Assembly (NCBI GenBank): GCA_963699755.1
Contig: CAVOVB010000001.1
Coordinates: forward strand, 640,001-704,000
Length of the DNA: 64,000 nucleotides
Origin: an uncultured delta proteobacterium
GTDB taxonomy: Bacteria > Myxococcota_A > Polyangia > Polyangiales > Houyiibacteriaceae
Direction: 5' to 3'
The notes under the pieces were generated by a model. That model searched no databases. It was not told the DNA's origin and saw nothing but the letters and a program-made list of their open reading frames with translations. Within the stretch, counting starts at the first letter, position 1. Every line of letters starts with the position of its first letter. Made by a program: the position numbers and the translations under genes. Positions 31,540 through 41,511 of the stretch are shown here, one piece after another.

Positions 31540-32336
31540 CTCCCTTTGTTCGTCTTCCGGCGCTGGCGTTCGCCGAACCAGAGAAACGGCTTGAGCATTT
31601 TGAGACTGAGCTCCGGGAACGGGCGCATGGCGTGGGCCAGGACGCCGCGCGACTGCGGCACGGTGACCGCGAGCCTGGGCTTGTCGACCAGGTCGAGGAC
31701 GACGCCTGCCACCTCTTCGACCGTCAGAAGCTTTGGTGCGGCGAAGACGAGGCCCGCCTGCTCGTTGCCGCGCTGACTGCTCACCATATCGGTGTCGATT
31801 CCGTCCGGGCAAACCGCGCTCACCTTGATGGGCAACCTGGCGCGCTCGATGTCACCCGCGAGCGAGATCGTGAACCCCAAGACGGCTTGCTTGGTCGCTC
31901 CATAGATGGCCAGACCCGGGACCGGCGTGATCGATGAAAGCGAAGCGATGTTGATCAAATGGCCGCCGCCATCGCGCATGGCCGCGATGGCCGCGCGGGC
32001 CCCCCAAATCATGCCCAGGACGTTGACCTCGGTCATCTGTCGAACGAGCTCGTCGCCGTGATCCCAGGCGTGGCCCGTGTGAAGCACGCCAGCGTTGTTC
32101 ACCCAGAGCGCGGGGGAGCCACGTTCAGCGGCAGCGCGGGCAACCTCGTGATGCGATGAAGGATCTCGGACATCCTGGTGCATCGACCAGGCCCCGCCGC
32201 CGATGGCGTCCGCAGTGGCCCGAGCCGAATCCTCGTCTATGTCTGTCGCCAGGACGGTGAACTGCTTCGCTGCGAGGCCTTTTGCGATCTCTCGGCCGAG
32301 TCCCCTACCGGCTCCTGTCACGACGGCAATCTTCAT
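31536..32336 (-). CDS. Short-chain dehydrogenase/reductase
   Basis: TGAGRGLG, NNAG, YGATK. Confidence 0.9.
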   Translation of the reverse strand: MKIAVVTGAGRGLGREIAKGLAAKQFTVLATDIDEDSARATADAIGGGAWSMHQDVRDPSSHHEVARAAAERGSPALWVNNAGVLHTGHAWDHGDELVRQMTEVNVLGMIWGARAAIAAMRDGGGHLINIASLSSITPVPGLAIYGATKQAVLGFTISLAGDIERARLPIKVSAVCPDGIDTDMVSSQRGNEQAGLVFAAPKLLTVEEVAGVVLDLVDKPRLAVTVPQSRGVLAHAMRPFPELSLKMLKPFLWFGERQRRKTNKGS

Positions 32337-32425
32337 TCCCGGTTCTTGCATGCATCTCGGTGAGAGTTCAAGAGCTGGCGAAAGGCCTGTAGACACCGCA
32401 GACGGGGGGATTTAGCATCGGCGCC

Positions 32426-34528
32426 ATGCTTCCCCGTTTCTCTCACCTTGCCGTGATCGCGTCTGCTGTTCTTTTCACCGTCGGCTGCGGCAACGATGCC
32501 AGCAGCACTGTGGGGTCTGGGGGCTCGGGGGGATCCGCCGGGTCGGCGGGTTCGGGCGGCTCCGCTGGGTCGGCGGGTTCGGGCGGGACTCTGGCCCTCG
32601 GCTGCGATCCCTTGACGCCGAGCTATTGCGGCTTCCCCTACCCCAACGACTACTGGACGGTCGCGGACGCGAGCACCGAAACCGGGCTCCGGCTCGCGCT
32701 CCCGGAGGTCGTCATGCCCGCGACGTTTTACGGGTCTCGATCAAACCCCGATGCGTTCAACGAGATGGATGGTTTCTCGCCTGGGATCGCTGCGATGACC
32801 CACTTCCCCGGCGCGACCGTCGCCGGGCTCGCGACGCCCGAGAGCATTCAAGAATCGCTGAGCGCGGAGTCTCCGACCGTGATCATCAACGCCAAGACGG
32901 GTGAGAGGCTCGCGCACTGGGTCGACCTCGACGAGTACGTCGTGCAGGCGAAGCTTCGCGTGGACGCGAACGAAGACAGGCCTGACTTCACGATCGATCG
33001 CGAGCTCGGGGCGCTCAGGCAAGAGCAAGCGCTGATGCTGCGCCCTGCGATCCGTCCCGAAGATGCGACTCGATACATCGTGGCGATTCGGAACGTCCGG
33101 GATGGAGACGGTGCCCTCGTGGCGCCATCCCCGGGCTTTTTGGCCTTGAGGGACGACGAACCGTCCGGTGATGAGGTCATCGAGTCACGGCGCAGTCACT
33201 TCGAGGAGATTTTCGCGACGCTCGAAGAGGCCGGCATCGCGCGCGACGATCTTCAGATCGCTTGGGACTTCACCACGGCAAGCCGGGAGAACAACACCCG
33301 CGCGATGGTCCAGATCCGCGATGACGCCTTCGCAAAGTACCCAGACGGTGTGCCGTACACGATTGAGCTGAAGAATGAAGAGATCATCGAGGGAATCGCC
33401 TGCCGCCTCGAGATCCGCTTCGAGATGCCTCTCTACATGACAGAGGGCGAAACCGGAGGGCTGCTCAACCTCGGCGACGACGGTCTCCCGGAGCAGAACG
33501 GCACGTATCCGTACTTCGCGGCGATGATCATTCCCGTCGCCGCCCAATCGACGCCCTCGGGCCTCGTTGCGGTCGGGCACGGTCAGCTGGGATCGAAAGA
33601 GGGTGTTCTCGGATACCAAGAGATCATGGCCCAGGCGAACCTCGCGGCCTTCGGGATGGACCACAAGGGGTTCTCGCGGGACGACATCCCCACGGTGGTG
33701 GCAGCCATCCTCGGCGGAGACTTGTCGCTCTTCCGAAAGATCCCCGAGCGAATGCACCAGGGCTTCCTGAACTTCCTGATGGGGATGCGGACCTTGTCCC
33801 GGGAAGCCGATGGCGGTCCATCGACGGCACTGAATCAAGCGCTCGTGAACGACTGCGGCGGCGCGACGATCGACGGCTCGAAGCGCTACTACTTCGGGGG
33901 GAGCCAGGGCGGGATCCTGGGCGCGAGCATCATGGCGCTCAGCACCGACACCGAACGCGGTCTTTTGGCCGTGCCGGGCCAATCGTACAACCTGCTTCTC
34001 AACCGGAGCGTGAACTTCGATGAATACTCTGGGGAGCTGTACAGGAACTACGACTGGAACGCGCTCGACATGCAGATGAACCTCGCGCTCATTCAAGGGC
34101 TCTGGGATCGCGCCGAGCCGACGGGGTACTCCAAGTACATCCGGACCAATCGCTTGCCGGGTACGCCTGCGCACGAGGTGGTGATCCAGGTCTCGAAGGC
34201 CGACCATCAGGTGACGAACCTCGGCGCCCACATCATGGCGCGCACCATCGGCGGGGTCGTCAACCTCGCCCCGTTGATTCGACCGGTCTGGGGCCTCGAC
34301 GTCGTCAGCGGCGAGCACACGGGCTCGGCAATGATCGAAATCGACTTCGGGAACCCGGATCCGCCGCTCACCAACATCCCGCATTGGGCAGACACCATGC
34401 GGGACCCGCACGGACGCGCGACCGAGCTCGAAGCTCTTGGGCCCATTCTCATCGAGTTCTACGAGAACGGAACCATCTCGAACCCGTGCAATGGGCCCTG
34501 CGACCAAGACGACTTGGTCGGCCCTTAG
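32426..34528 (+). CDS. Lipoprotein with alpha/beta hydrolase (lipase-like) domain
   Basis: TVGC lipobox, GSGGSAG linker, DGFSP, GHG, GGSQGG nucleophile elbow. Confidence 0.75.
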   Translation: MLPRFSHLAVIASAVLFTVGCGNDASSTVGSGGSGGSAGSAGSGGSAGSAGSGGTLALGCDPLTPSYCGFPYPNDYWTVADASTETGLRLALPEVVMPATFYGSRSNPDAFNEMDGFSPGIAAMTHFPGATVAGLATPESIQESLSAESPTVIINAKTGERLAHWVDLDEYVVQAKLRVDANEDRPDFTIDRELGALRQEQALMLRPAIRPEDATRYIVAIRNVRDGDGALVAPSPGFLALRDDEPSGDEVIESRRSHFEEIFATLEEAGIARDDLQIAWDFTTASRENNTRAMVQIRDDAFAKYPDGVPYTIELKNEEIIEGIACRLEIRFEMPLYMTEGETGGLLNLGDDGLPEQNGTYPYFAAMIIPVAAQSTPSGLVAVGHGQLGSKEGVLGYQEIMAQANLAAFGMDHKGFSRDDIPTVVAAILGGDLSLFRKIPERMHQGFLNFLMGMRTLSREADGGPSTALNQALVNDCGGATIDGSKRYYFGGSQGGILGASIMALSTDTERGLLAVPGQSYNLLLNRSVNFDEYSGELYRNYDWNALDMQMNLALIQGLWDRAEPTGYSKYIRTNRLPGTPAHEVVIQVSKADHQVTNLGAHIMARTIGGVVNLAPLIRPVWGLDVVSGEHTGSAMIEIDFGNPDPPLTNIPHWADTMRDPHGRATELEALGPILIEFYENGTISNPCNGPCDQDDLVGP

Positions 34529-34533
34529 AGCGC

Positions 34534-35166
34534 CTAAATCCAGCCGAGCACGGCGCCGAAGACGATGAGGCAGGCCACGTCGAACCCGAGGATTGCGCCG
34601 ACGGTCACGGCTTGCCGTTTGACGGACGTCATGTCGTGCACCCAGTAGGCGACGACGAAAAACGGGAAGTAGCCGATTAGAAAGATGAGCCAGGGCGCGG
34701 AGCGGTTCCACCAAGAGTAGTCCCAAGTCAGCGCATTGACGGCGTTGAGCAGATACTCGATGAAGACGGCGAGCGCGCTGAAAAAGATCGCGAAGACCCA
34801 GCGGTTGGGCAGGCCGAGAACCTTGGCCTCCTTGCGGGGAAGCATGACGCTCGTGACGATGCCGAGAATTGCGAACATGAAACAGATCTCGATGTTCAAG
34901 CCGATCAGAATCAAGTACGCCGTCTCGCCCGGCGCAGCCCAGACAGGCGAGTAGCCGCTGAAGTGGAAGACCAGCGCGTTCCAGATCTCGTTGAACCAGT
35001 CCATTCCCCAGAGCGCGAGGCCGGCGAAGACGACGCTGTAGTTCTTTCGCCCGATCTGATCGTGATAGATGTAGAGCACGATCACCAGAAGCGGGATCAC
35101 GTACCACTGAAAGCCGGATGTATCGCGAAGATTGGAGAGCGCCTGCAGCGCGTGATCGGTGGGCAT
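34534..35166 (-). CDS. Hypothetical integral membrane protein
   Basis: About six hydrophobic segments, clean 210-aa ORF. Confidence 0.75.
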   Translation of the reverse strand: MPTDHALQALSNLRDTSGFQWYVIPLLVIVLYIYHDQIGRKNYSVVFAGLALWGMDWFNEIWNALVFHFSGYSPVWAAPGETAYLILIGLNIEICFMFAILGIVTSVMLPRKEAKVLGLPNRWVFAIFFSALAVFIEYLLNAVNALTWDYSWWNRSAPWLIFLIGYFPFFVVAYWVHDMTSVKRQAVTVGAILGFDVACLIVFGAVLGWI

Positions 35167-35319
35167 GAGCGGGGCTTACCATCAGCCGGCGCGCATCAGC
35201 TAGCGCAGAAATTGCGCCTGAAGCCGCTGGCCTGGCTGATCTTTTGAATCTCGGGGAAGTGGCGCTATTCTCGGACTGCGGCGCACGGTGGGTCGAGCGC
35301 CCGTTTCACAGCACGGTCT

Positions 35320-36717
35320 ATGTTGCGGTTTCTCTCGAATCGATGGTCTCTCTTGTGTCTGGTGGTTCTGGTCGCGGGAATCGGCGGTGGGGCCGTCGCG
35401 CTCGGCGAGCGCGCTTCCGATCAGCAGCTGCACGGCACCGAAACCGTCGACGGGAAGCGCCTACTGCGAGCGCCCGGACTCGACGACTGGAACGAACGTC
35501 AGCAAAGCCCGAAGAACAACCCCGGTACGGCCGGGCTCTTTGGCTCCGCCTTTCACTACGACTCGTTCGTCTATGACAAAGCCGAGAGCAGCCCGAAGGT
35601 GGCGGGCATCGTTCGGCGCGGCACCGTCCTCAAGGTGGGCAAGCAAGTCAGCGGCAACGGCTGCAAGGACGGTTCCTGGTACGAGGCGACACCGTTTGGA
35701 TACGTCTGCACTTCGCTCGGCTTCAATGTGAGCGACTCGCCAAGCGGCAATCGATATGGAGTTCCCCCGGCCAAGGTGAGCACTCACCTTCCCTACCAGT
35801 ACTCGCGCGTCATCACGAAGAGGGCGCCGCGCTACTTCCGCATCCCGACGGTAGAGGAAGAAAAGCAAGCCCGACGCGCGATGGAGAAGAAGGGCTCGAC
35901 GCCCGAAGTGGTCTCGACGCTCATGGAGGGGGACTACTTTCTCGCGCTTGCGGAGAAGGAGACTCGCGAAGCTGACGGCGCGGTATTCTACCGTACGGTC
36001 CGCGGCCGTTTCGTGCGCGAAAGCGACGTCGAGCTTCGCAACCCCGATGTGGTTCGCGGCGAAGAGCTCGGCCACGACGGCTGGACCCTGCCCTTGGCCT
36101 TCGTGTACGGCGAGGACCGAGACCTGTTCGACCTGAAGGGCGGGAAGGCAAACGTGACTGGTAAGGCTCAAAAGCACGGACGCTTCGCCGTCACCGAGGA
36201 GCTCAGCGTAGGCGGCGTTCTATACCTTGCCGGAAAGCCTGGCGCGGCGAGGCGCGAGGATCTGCGCGTGGCGCGGCAAGCCAAGCGCCCAGGGGACGTT
36301 CCGGCGAACGGGAAATGGATTCACGTCGACCTGAAAGAGCAAACCCTCGTCGCATACGAGGGCGACAAGCCCGTCTACGCAACGGTCATTTCGAGTGGCA
36401 AAGAGGGCTATGAACCGCCCACCGGACTCTTCGAGGTCCAACAGAAGCACATTTCGACGACGATGAACGCGACCGACCCGATTGACGGCTTCTACGAAGT
36501 CGAAGAGGTTCCCTGGACGCTCTACTATCATGGGGGCTACGCGCTCCACGGCGCGTACTGGCACACCGATTTCGGCAAGGTGCGCAGCCACGGATGCACG
36601 AACATCGCGCCGGTCGACGCGCGCTGGCTCTATTATTGGAGCGAGCCCGAGGTTCCCGCAGCCTGGCACGCCGTACGCTTCCAACCGGAAACGACCTGGG
36701 TCCAGTTCACCAATTGA
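35320..36717 (+). CDS. L,D-transpeptidase (YkuD family)
   Basis: VDLKEQTL, SSGK, ALHGAYWHTDFGKVRSHGCTN. Confidence 0.92.
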   Translation: MLRFLSNRWSLLCLVVLVAGIGGGAVALGERASDQQLHGTETVDGKRLLRAPGLDDWNERQQSPKNNPGTAGLFGSAFHYDSFVYDKAESSPKVAGIVRRGTVLKVGKQVSGNGCKDGSWYEATPFGYVCTSLGFNVSDSPSGNRYGVPPAKVSTHLPYQYSRVITKRAPRYFRIPTVEEEKQARRAMEKKGSTPEVVSTLMEGDYFLALAEKETREADGAVFYRTVRGRFVRESDVELRNPDVVRGEELGHDGWTLPLAFVYGEDRDLFDLKGGKANVTGKAQKHGRFAVTEELSVGGVLYLAGKPGAARREDLRVARQAKRPGDVPANGKWIHVDLKEQTLVAYEGDKPVYATVISSGKEGYEPPTGLFEVQQKHISTTMNATDPIDGFYEVEEVPWTLYYHGGYALHGAYWHTDFGKVRSHGCTNIAPVDARWLYYWSEPEVPAAWHAVRFQPETTWVQFTN

Positions 36718-37447
36718 AGAGACCCCGCGCGAACAGTAGGAGCGCTGCACCGCCCGCCACGACGACGATGGCATTGCGGAGCCGAGGCCCATCGACGCGC
36801 GGAATCAGTTTCTTGCTCGCACGCAGCCCGAGCCCAACTGCTGGTAGCAGCGCGGCTCCGATGACGACCTCGTCCCAACTGACCTTGCCGGCCAGGGCGC
36901 GAACACTGATCGTGATACACAGACCTATTGCAAAGACCAGGCCCAGATTCGCACGAACGGTTGGGCCCGAGTCATTGCGATAGAGCAGCGCGATGGGCGG
37001 CCCGCCAATGGCCGAGACCATCGCCATGGTTCCCGAAGCCACGCCGGCGCTGAACTCACGGACGGCTGTTCTGCGGAAAGTCCCGCGGCTCAGCACGATG
37101 GCGACACCAACGATGACCATCACGGACATCAGGACATCCAGTGCGGCCGCACTGAGCAACTTGAGGAGGGCCACGCCAATCAGCGCGCCCGGCACACGAC
37201 CCGCGAAAATCCAGAGGGTGCTCCTCACCTCGATGGCGTCGCGTTCGCGAAGGACGATGGCGAGGGTCAGCGGGAAAACGACGAGCAGTTGGGGTACCGG
37301 CGCAAATAGAGGATTGAGCAGCGAGAGGACAGGCACGCTGAGCAGCGCGAAGCCGAAGCCAACCGTGCTGTGAAGCGCTGCGGCCAGAAAGCTCACCAGG
37401 AACGCGACGGCAAACTCCGGCGTGGCGATATGTGCTAGGGCTTCCAT
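36707..37447 (-). CDS. TauE/SafE sulfite exporter family
   Basis: STVGFGFALL...AIGGPP duplicated Gly motifs, ~8 TM. Confidence 0.85.
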   Translation of the reverse strand: MEALAHIATPEFAVAFLVSFLAAALHSTVGFGFALLSVPVLSLLNPLFAPVPQLLVVFPLTLAIVLRERDAIEVRSTLWIFAGRVPGALIGVALLKLLSAAALDVLMSVMVIVGVAIVLSRGTFRRTAVREFSAGVASGTMAMVSAIGGPPIALLYRNDSGPTVRANLGLVFAIGLCITISVRALAGKVSWDEVVIGAALLPAVGLGLRASKKLIPRVDGPRLRNAIVVVAGGAALLLFARGLFNW

Positions 37448-37477
37448 CGGCGGTGCTAGGGTAGTCAGGGTCTGATC

Positions 37478-38392
37478 ATGCGGCCAACCAAGACGAGCAG
37501 GACCCGAGACCCTCTGCAGAAGACGGCCAGCCGCGTGCTGGGGGCGGCCAGCAGCGCGCTCGACTTAGCGGTTCGCAATCTGGACAACGCCCGCCGAATC
37601 GCCAAGTTCCTGCGAGGTCGGCTGGACCTGGAGGTGCGAGAAAGCGACGTATTCATCTCGAGCTATCCACGCTCGGGTACGACGCTAACGCAATGGATCG
37701 TGTATCTGTTGGCACACGAGGCGCAGCCCGAACCAACGCATATCACGAAGGTCTCGCCTTGGTTCGAACGCTCGCTGGCTATCGGAGAGCTAAGTGCGTC
37801 GGACCTGGCGAGCTTTCCATCGCCCCGCGTGTTCAAGAGCCACTTGCCGAGAGAATGGCTGCCGGACGGAGCGCGCTACATCTATGTGGAGCGCGAGAGC
37901 TCGGATGTCCTGTTTTCGTATTTTCACTTCTACCGAGACTACCTCGGGTTCGATGGAACACTGGGTGAGTTTCACCAACGCTTCATGGAAGGACGCCTCC
38001 AGTATGGGTCCTGGTTCGACCACGTCGCCGGTTGGCGCAACCGGGCCTCTGATCCCGACGTTTTGATCATTCGCTACGAAGATCTGATCCGGGATCGCAA
38101 GGCATCGATCGAACGCATAGTCGATTTTCTCGATTGGGATCGCGACGAACGCTCCATCGACCGGGCCGTCGCGGAGAGCAGCTTCGATGCGATGAAGCAG
38201 CGCGAGTCGATCTTCGATCACGCGACGGCCCTGCTTCTCGAACGCGGCGTGAGCCCTCAGTCGTTTCTTCGCGCAGGAGAGAGCGGAGGTGGAGTCGACG
38301 CGCTAACGGACGAACAAGCGCGGGATCTCAGGGAGCATAGCTCGTCGGGGCGCCGACTCGCGATTCTCGGGCTGCCCGCTTTTTTGCAGTAG
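37478..38392 (+). CDS. PAPS-dependent sulfotransferase (cytosolic SULT-like)
   Basis: SYPRSGTT (5'-PSB), KSHLP, YGSWFDHV, YEDL, FLRAGESG. Confidence 0.9.
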   Translation: MRPTKTSRTRDPLQKTASRVLGAASSALDLAVRNLDNARRIAKFLRGRLDLEVRESDVFISSYPRSGTTLTQWIVYLLAHEAQPEPTHITKVSPWFERSLAIGELSASDLASFPSPRVFKSHLPREWLPDGARYIYVERESSDVLFSYFHFYRDYLGFDGTLGEFHQRFMEGRLQYGSWFDHVAGWRNRASDPDVLIIRYEDLIRDRKASIERIVDFLDWDRDERSIDRAVAESSFDAMKQRESIFDHATALLLERGVSPQSFLRAGESGGGVDALTDEQARDLREHSSSGRRLAILGLPAFLQ

Positions 38393-39251
38393 CTGGGCGG
38401 GCGGAGGTGTCGACGACGAACTGAAGGAAGCTCTCAGGAGTGCCCGGGTCGTCCCCAGTGAGATGGAGATACGCGCGCGCAAGCTTGCCGATCAGACGGC
38501 GATAGCCTCTGACCGCGGGCGATGCGGCGTCGCTGTAGAGCTTTCGGACTGCGTTTTCTCGGGTCCCGAGGAGGAGGCGATCGGCCGGCTCGCGGCAGAG
38601 GTAAGGACACGCGCGCGGCCGCTGCGGATTCAGGGTCCGTCCGCCAATCGTATACGCAAAGGTCACTTGGTCGCCGAAACGATTGCGGTAGAGTCGATCG
38701 AAATAGGTTTCGTCGTAGGTGCAGGCAGACAAGGCCCAACCGACCTTCAATGCTGCGCCACGGGAACGCATGATTTCGGTCTGCACCAGTTGCTGTGCCA
38801 CGTAACCGTTTTCGATCTCGAGGGCCTCCTGCTTTCGCTCGACCTCGGCGGCCGGTGCCAAGGAAGACGAACGATGGATGTCCACGGGGAAACCAAAGCG
38901 ATCGATCAGTGCCTCGAGCGGCGCCTGTGCAAGCGAAGCAGCGCGATGCACGTCGAGCCTCGGGACGCCGGCGTCGCAAGCGTTGCTATCGGCGATGAGG
39001 ATGGAGCTCTTGGCGAGCCCGAGCTCCCTCCGCACCATCTCTTGCGCGAAGACTAGAATCAGCACGTCGATCGGGAGACCGCAGCTCGCCTCACCGGCAG
39101 CAACCCCGACGCCGAACCAAGTCGATGTCGTCGACTCGAGTGCCTGGGCGGAGATCACAGGCTCGTATTGCCGCCGAGCGAAAAGCTCTTGGCGGTTTGC
39201 TAGCGAAGCTAGACGCTCCCCCGAATAATCTGTCCCTACTTGGCTGCTCAT
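38328..39251 (-). CDS. Hypothetical protein, possible class Ic aminoacyl-tRNA-synthetase-like fold
   Basis: ILIADSNA and YVAQQLVQ...LKVGW resemble TyrRS/TrpRS core elements; no HIGH or KMSKS. Confidence 0.6.
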   Translation of the reverse strand: MSSQVGTDYSGERLASLANRQELFARRQYEPVISAQALESTTSTWFGVGVAAGEASCGLPIDVLILVFAQEMVRRELGLAKSSILIADSNACDAGVPRLDVHRAASLAQAPLEALIDRFGFPVDIHRSSSLAPAAEVERKQEALEIENGYVAQQLVQTEIMRSRGAALKVGWALSACTYDETYFDRLYRNRFGDQVTFAYTIGGRTLNPQRPRACPYLCREPADRLLLGTRENAVRKLYSDAASPAVRGYRRLIGKLARAYLHLTGDDPGTPESFLQFVVDTSARPATAKKRAARESRVGAPTSYAP

Positions 39252-39384
39252 CAGGCGTTTCGCGGTGCGTCCCGAGGAACTACCCTAGCGGACAAGGCCC
39301 AGGCTCGCAAAACCTTTGAAGGCGCGAAACGGCTAGGACACTTGCGCCGATAAGTTGGAATGATCACGCCCTAGCGGCATCCTG

Positions 39385-40767
39385 TTGTATGCTTGGGAGA
39401 ACCGCTTGAGATTCCTCGCCAGTTTTTTAGCCCTCGCTAGCTTCCTCGCGCTCGCCGCTGCCTTGCAGTCGAGCCATGCGCAGGACACACCCTGGAAGCG
39501 GCGCCTTCGCATGGGGGTGGTGCTGAACGAGTCCGCAGACGGTCCGCCGGAAGACAGAAGGGGTTCTCTGACTGCCGACGAGATGCGCCGTCTTGCTCTG
39601 CGTCCACGAGGGAGCGGCCTGGCCGATTTGTCGTACTGGCCGGAGGAGCCCGGCTCGCCGGCAAGTGTGAGGACGAGCGACCTCGCGGCGGCAATGACTC
39701 AGCTCTGCCCAGCATCGGTGAAAGCCAGCGAGCTCGAGCGATACGCCGCCGCCATCGTTCGATACAGCCAGGAGTTCGCCGTCGACCCGTGGCTGCTTGC
39801 CGCACTCGTCTACACGCAAAGCAATTGTGACCACCAGAGCAGCAACAGCTACGGCACAGGCCTCGCGTTGATCAACCAGGGGATGCATGCAGCCAACATC
39901 AGAGATGGGGTCTACCGCTTCGGCGCCTGGACGGACAAAGGCTGGACCCGCAAGGAGCTCGACGTAGGCGCCTTTCCGTTTCGCCGTGAGGCGCTCGCGC
40001 GCCCAGAGCCCAACATCTACTTCGCGGCCGCTTTCCTCCATGTGTTCGGCCAGCAGTGCCCACAGATCGACCGAGCCTTCGACTCTGCGCCTCACCGCCA
40101 CTCGGTCTCGCATTTCATCTGGGGCGATCGCGTCAGCGACGCGGGCCCCGAGGATCGGATTCTCACGGCGCGGCGCCGTCTCCTGAGCAGCCACGCACTA
40201 CTGAATCGCGGGGGCCAGTCGCGCATCGGCATCTCATTCGTGAGCCCGCTCGATGGCTATCCGCGGATCGCGATCAGCGGCCTTGGCGAGCCGCGCGACA
40301 ACGGGCGCCGAACCCATCGCGGCATCGACTTCGCATCCGAGGAGGGCGAGCCCGTTCGCTCCATCGCAGCTGGCGTCGTGACGTTCGCTGGTGTGGACTG
40401 GGAACGCCGCGCGCAGATCCCGCTCGAGCCCTGGGGCGCCGTGCTCGTCCACGGGAGGCACATGGGCCCACGTGGATTGTTCATTGAAGTGGATCACGGC
40501 AACGGCTTGGTGTCGCTCTATGCGCACCTTGCGAGTTACGATATCCATGTCGGCGATCGCGTGGAAGCGGGCCAGCGGCTCGGCGAAGTCGGCCGCACCG
40601 GAATCAAGGATTCCGGCGCCCATCTTCACTTCGGGCTATTCCAGGACGGCCAGGTTCTGGACCCGCTGGATCACTTGGCGGCCTTTGTCTTCCCGCCGAA
40701 TCTCACCAATCGGGGCCACGCGGAGCTCGCAAAGCATCACCGGCCGAAGCGCTACCGACGCCGCTGA
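39385..40767 (+). CDS. Secreted M23 peptidase fused to a lysozyme/SLT-like domain
   Basis: HRGID and YAHL...GAHLHF (M23); VDPWLLAALVYTQS (SLT-like). Confidence 0.85.
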   Translation: MYAWENRLRFLASFLALASFLALAAALQSSHAQDTPWKRRLRMGVVLNESADGPPEDRRGSLTADEMRRLALRPRGSGLADLSYWPEEPGSPASVRTSDLAAAMTQLCPASVKASELERYAAAIVRYSQEFAVDPWLLAALVYTQSNCDHQSSNSYGTGLALINQGMHAANIRDGVYRFGAWTDKGWTRKELDVGAFPFRREALARPEPNIYFAAAFLHVFGQQCPQIDRAFDSAPHRHSVSHFIWGDRVSDAGPEDRILTARRRLLSSHALLNRGGQSRIGISFVSPLDGYPRIAISGLGEPRDNGRRTHRGIDFASEEGEPVRSIAAGVVTFAGVDWERRAQIPLEPWGAVLVHGRHMGPRGLFIEVDHGNGLVSLYAHLASYDIHVGDRVEAGQRLGEVGRTGIKDSGAHLHFGLFQDGQVLDPLDHLAAFVFPPNLTNRGHAELAKHHRPKRYRRR

Positions 40768-40828
40768 GCACTGCTGTGGGGCGAAGCCCCTTGGTCGACG
40801 CAAAGGGTCGAGTTGACGGAGTCGATAA

Positions 40829-41461
40829 CTAGGGACAGGACCGTGGGTCCGGCCACTTTTCGAAGATCAGCTCAATCGCCTGCTGAGCCTTGGTCATCGC
40901 ATCTCCGCCTGATCCGACGACCGACTGTGCGAGGCCGGCAAAAATGAGATCCGGCGTCGCATCGCCAACGGGTGGGAGGCCAATGGGAACCAGTAAGCTG
41001 CCCACGTCATATTCGACGTAGGTCGGAACCCAGTAGGCGCAGGAGTCCCAGTACCAGCCCCAATAGCCCCACCACCAGCCGCCGACGCATTCGTAATAGT
41101 AGCCGCCTTCAGTCTCGCGTGAGACACCGTTTGCCGCCCAGAGGTCAGGCTGGTTTTCGTCGGTCACGTCATCGGGGTCGATGAAGGTCAGACAGACGGG
41201 TTCAGCCTGCATGGCCTCCACGATCAAGTCATTGACCATGTCGTTGAAAGCCTCTTGATCGGCATCGAGGTCCGGGAGGCGGTCGGGCGGGACGATGTCC
41301 GAGGTCACGACGCTAAACTTCTTCGCCTTTTTAAAATCGTCGAGGTTGTCTCGGTTCCATTGAACATCGACCGAGCCTGTCTGGACCACGGTGCTATCGG
41401 CACAGCTCAGAACGAACAACGCCGCAGCAGCAAGAAGAACGAAACGCAAGTGACGAATCAT
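40829..41461 (-). CDS. Lipoprotein, DUF4136-like
   Basis: VLSC lipobox; GGWWWGYWGW...YVEYDVGSL. Confidence 0.65.
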   Translation of the reverse strand: MIRHLRFVLLAAAALFVLSCADSTVVQTGSVDVQWNRDNLDDFKKAKKFSVVTSDIVPPDRLPDLDADQEAFNDMVNDLIVEAMQAEPVCLTFIDPDDVTDENQPDLWAANGVSRETEGGYYYECVGGWWWGYWGWYWDSCAYWVPTYVEYDVGSLLVPIGLPPVGDATPDLIFAGLAQSVVGSGGDAMTKAQQAIELIFEKWPDPRSCP

Positions 41462-41511
41462 GAAGATCTCCTATCGCCGCCGAGATAGCACGGTCCGCCA
41501 GGGCATCAATT

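Noticed and set aside
33185..35182. Long alternative-frame ORFs (also 2716-3729, 56853-58196, 61138-63150)
   Set aside because: Shadow ORFs typical of high-GC DNA, overlapping well-supported genes and lacking motifs.
40768..40828. GGGGCGAAGCCCC hairpin followed by GACGCAAAG, superficially like a c-di-GMP-I riboswitch
   Set aside because: It sits between convergent 3' ends and lacks the GGCAAAC/P1 elements; more likely a terminator-type hairpin.
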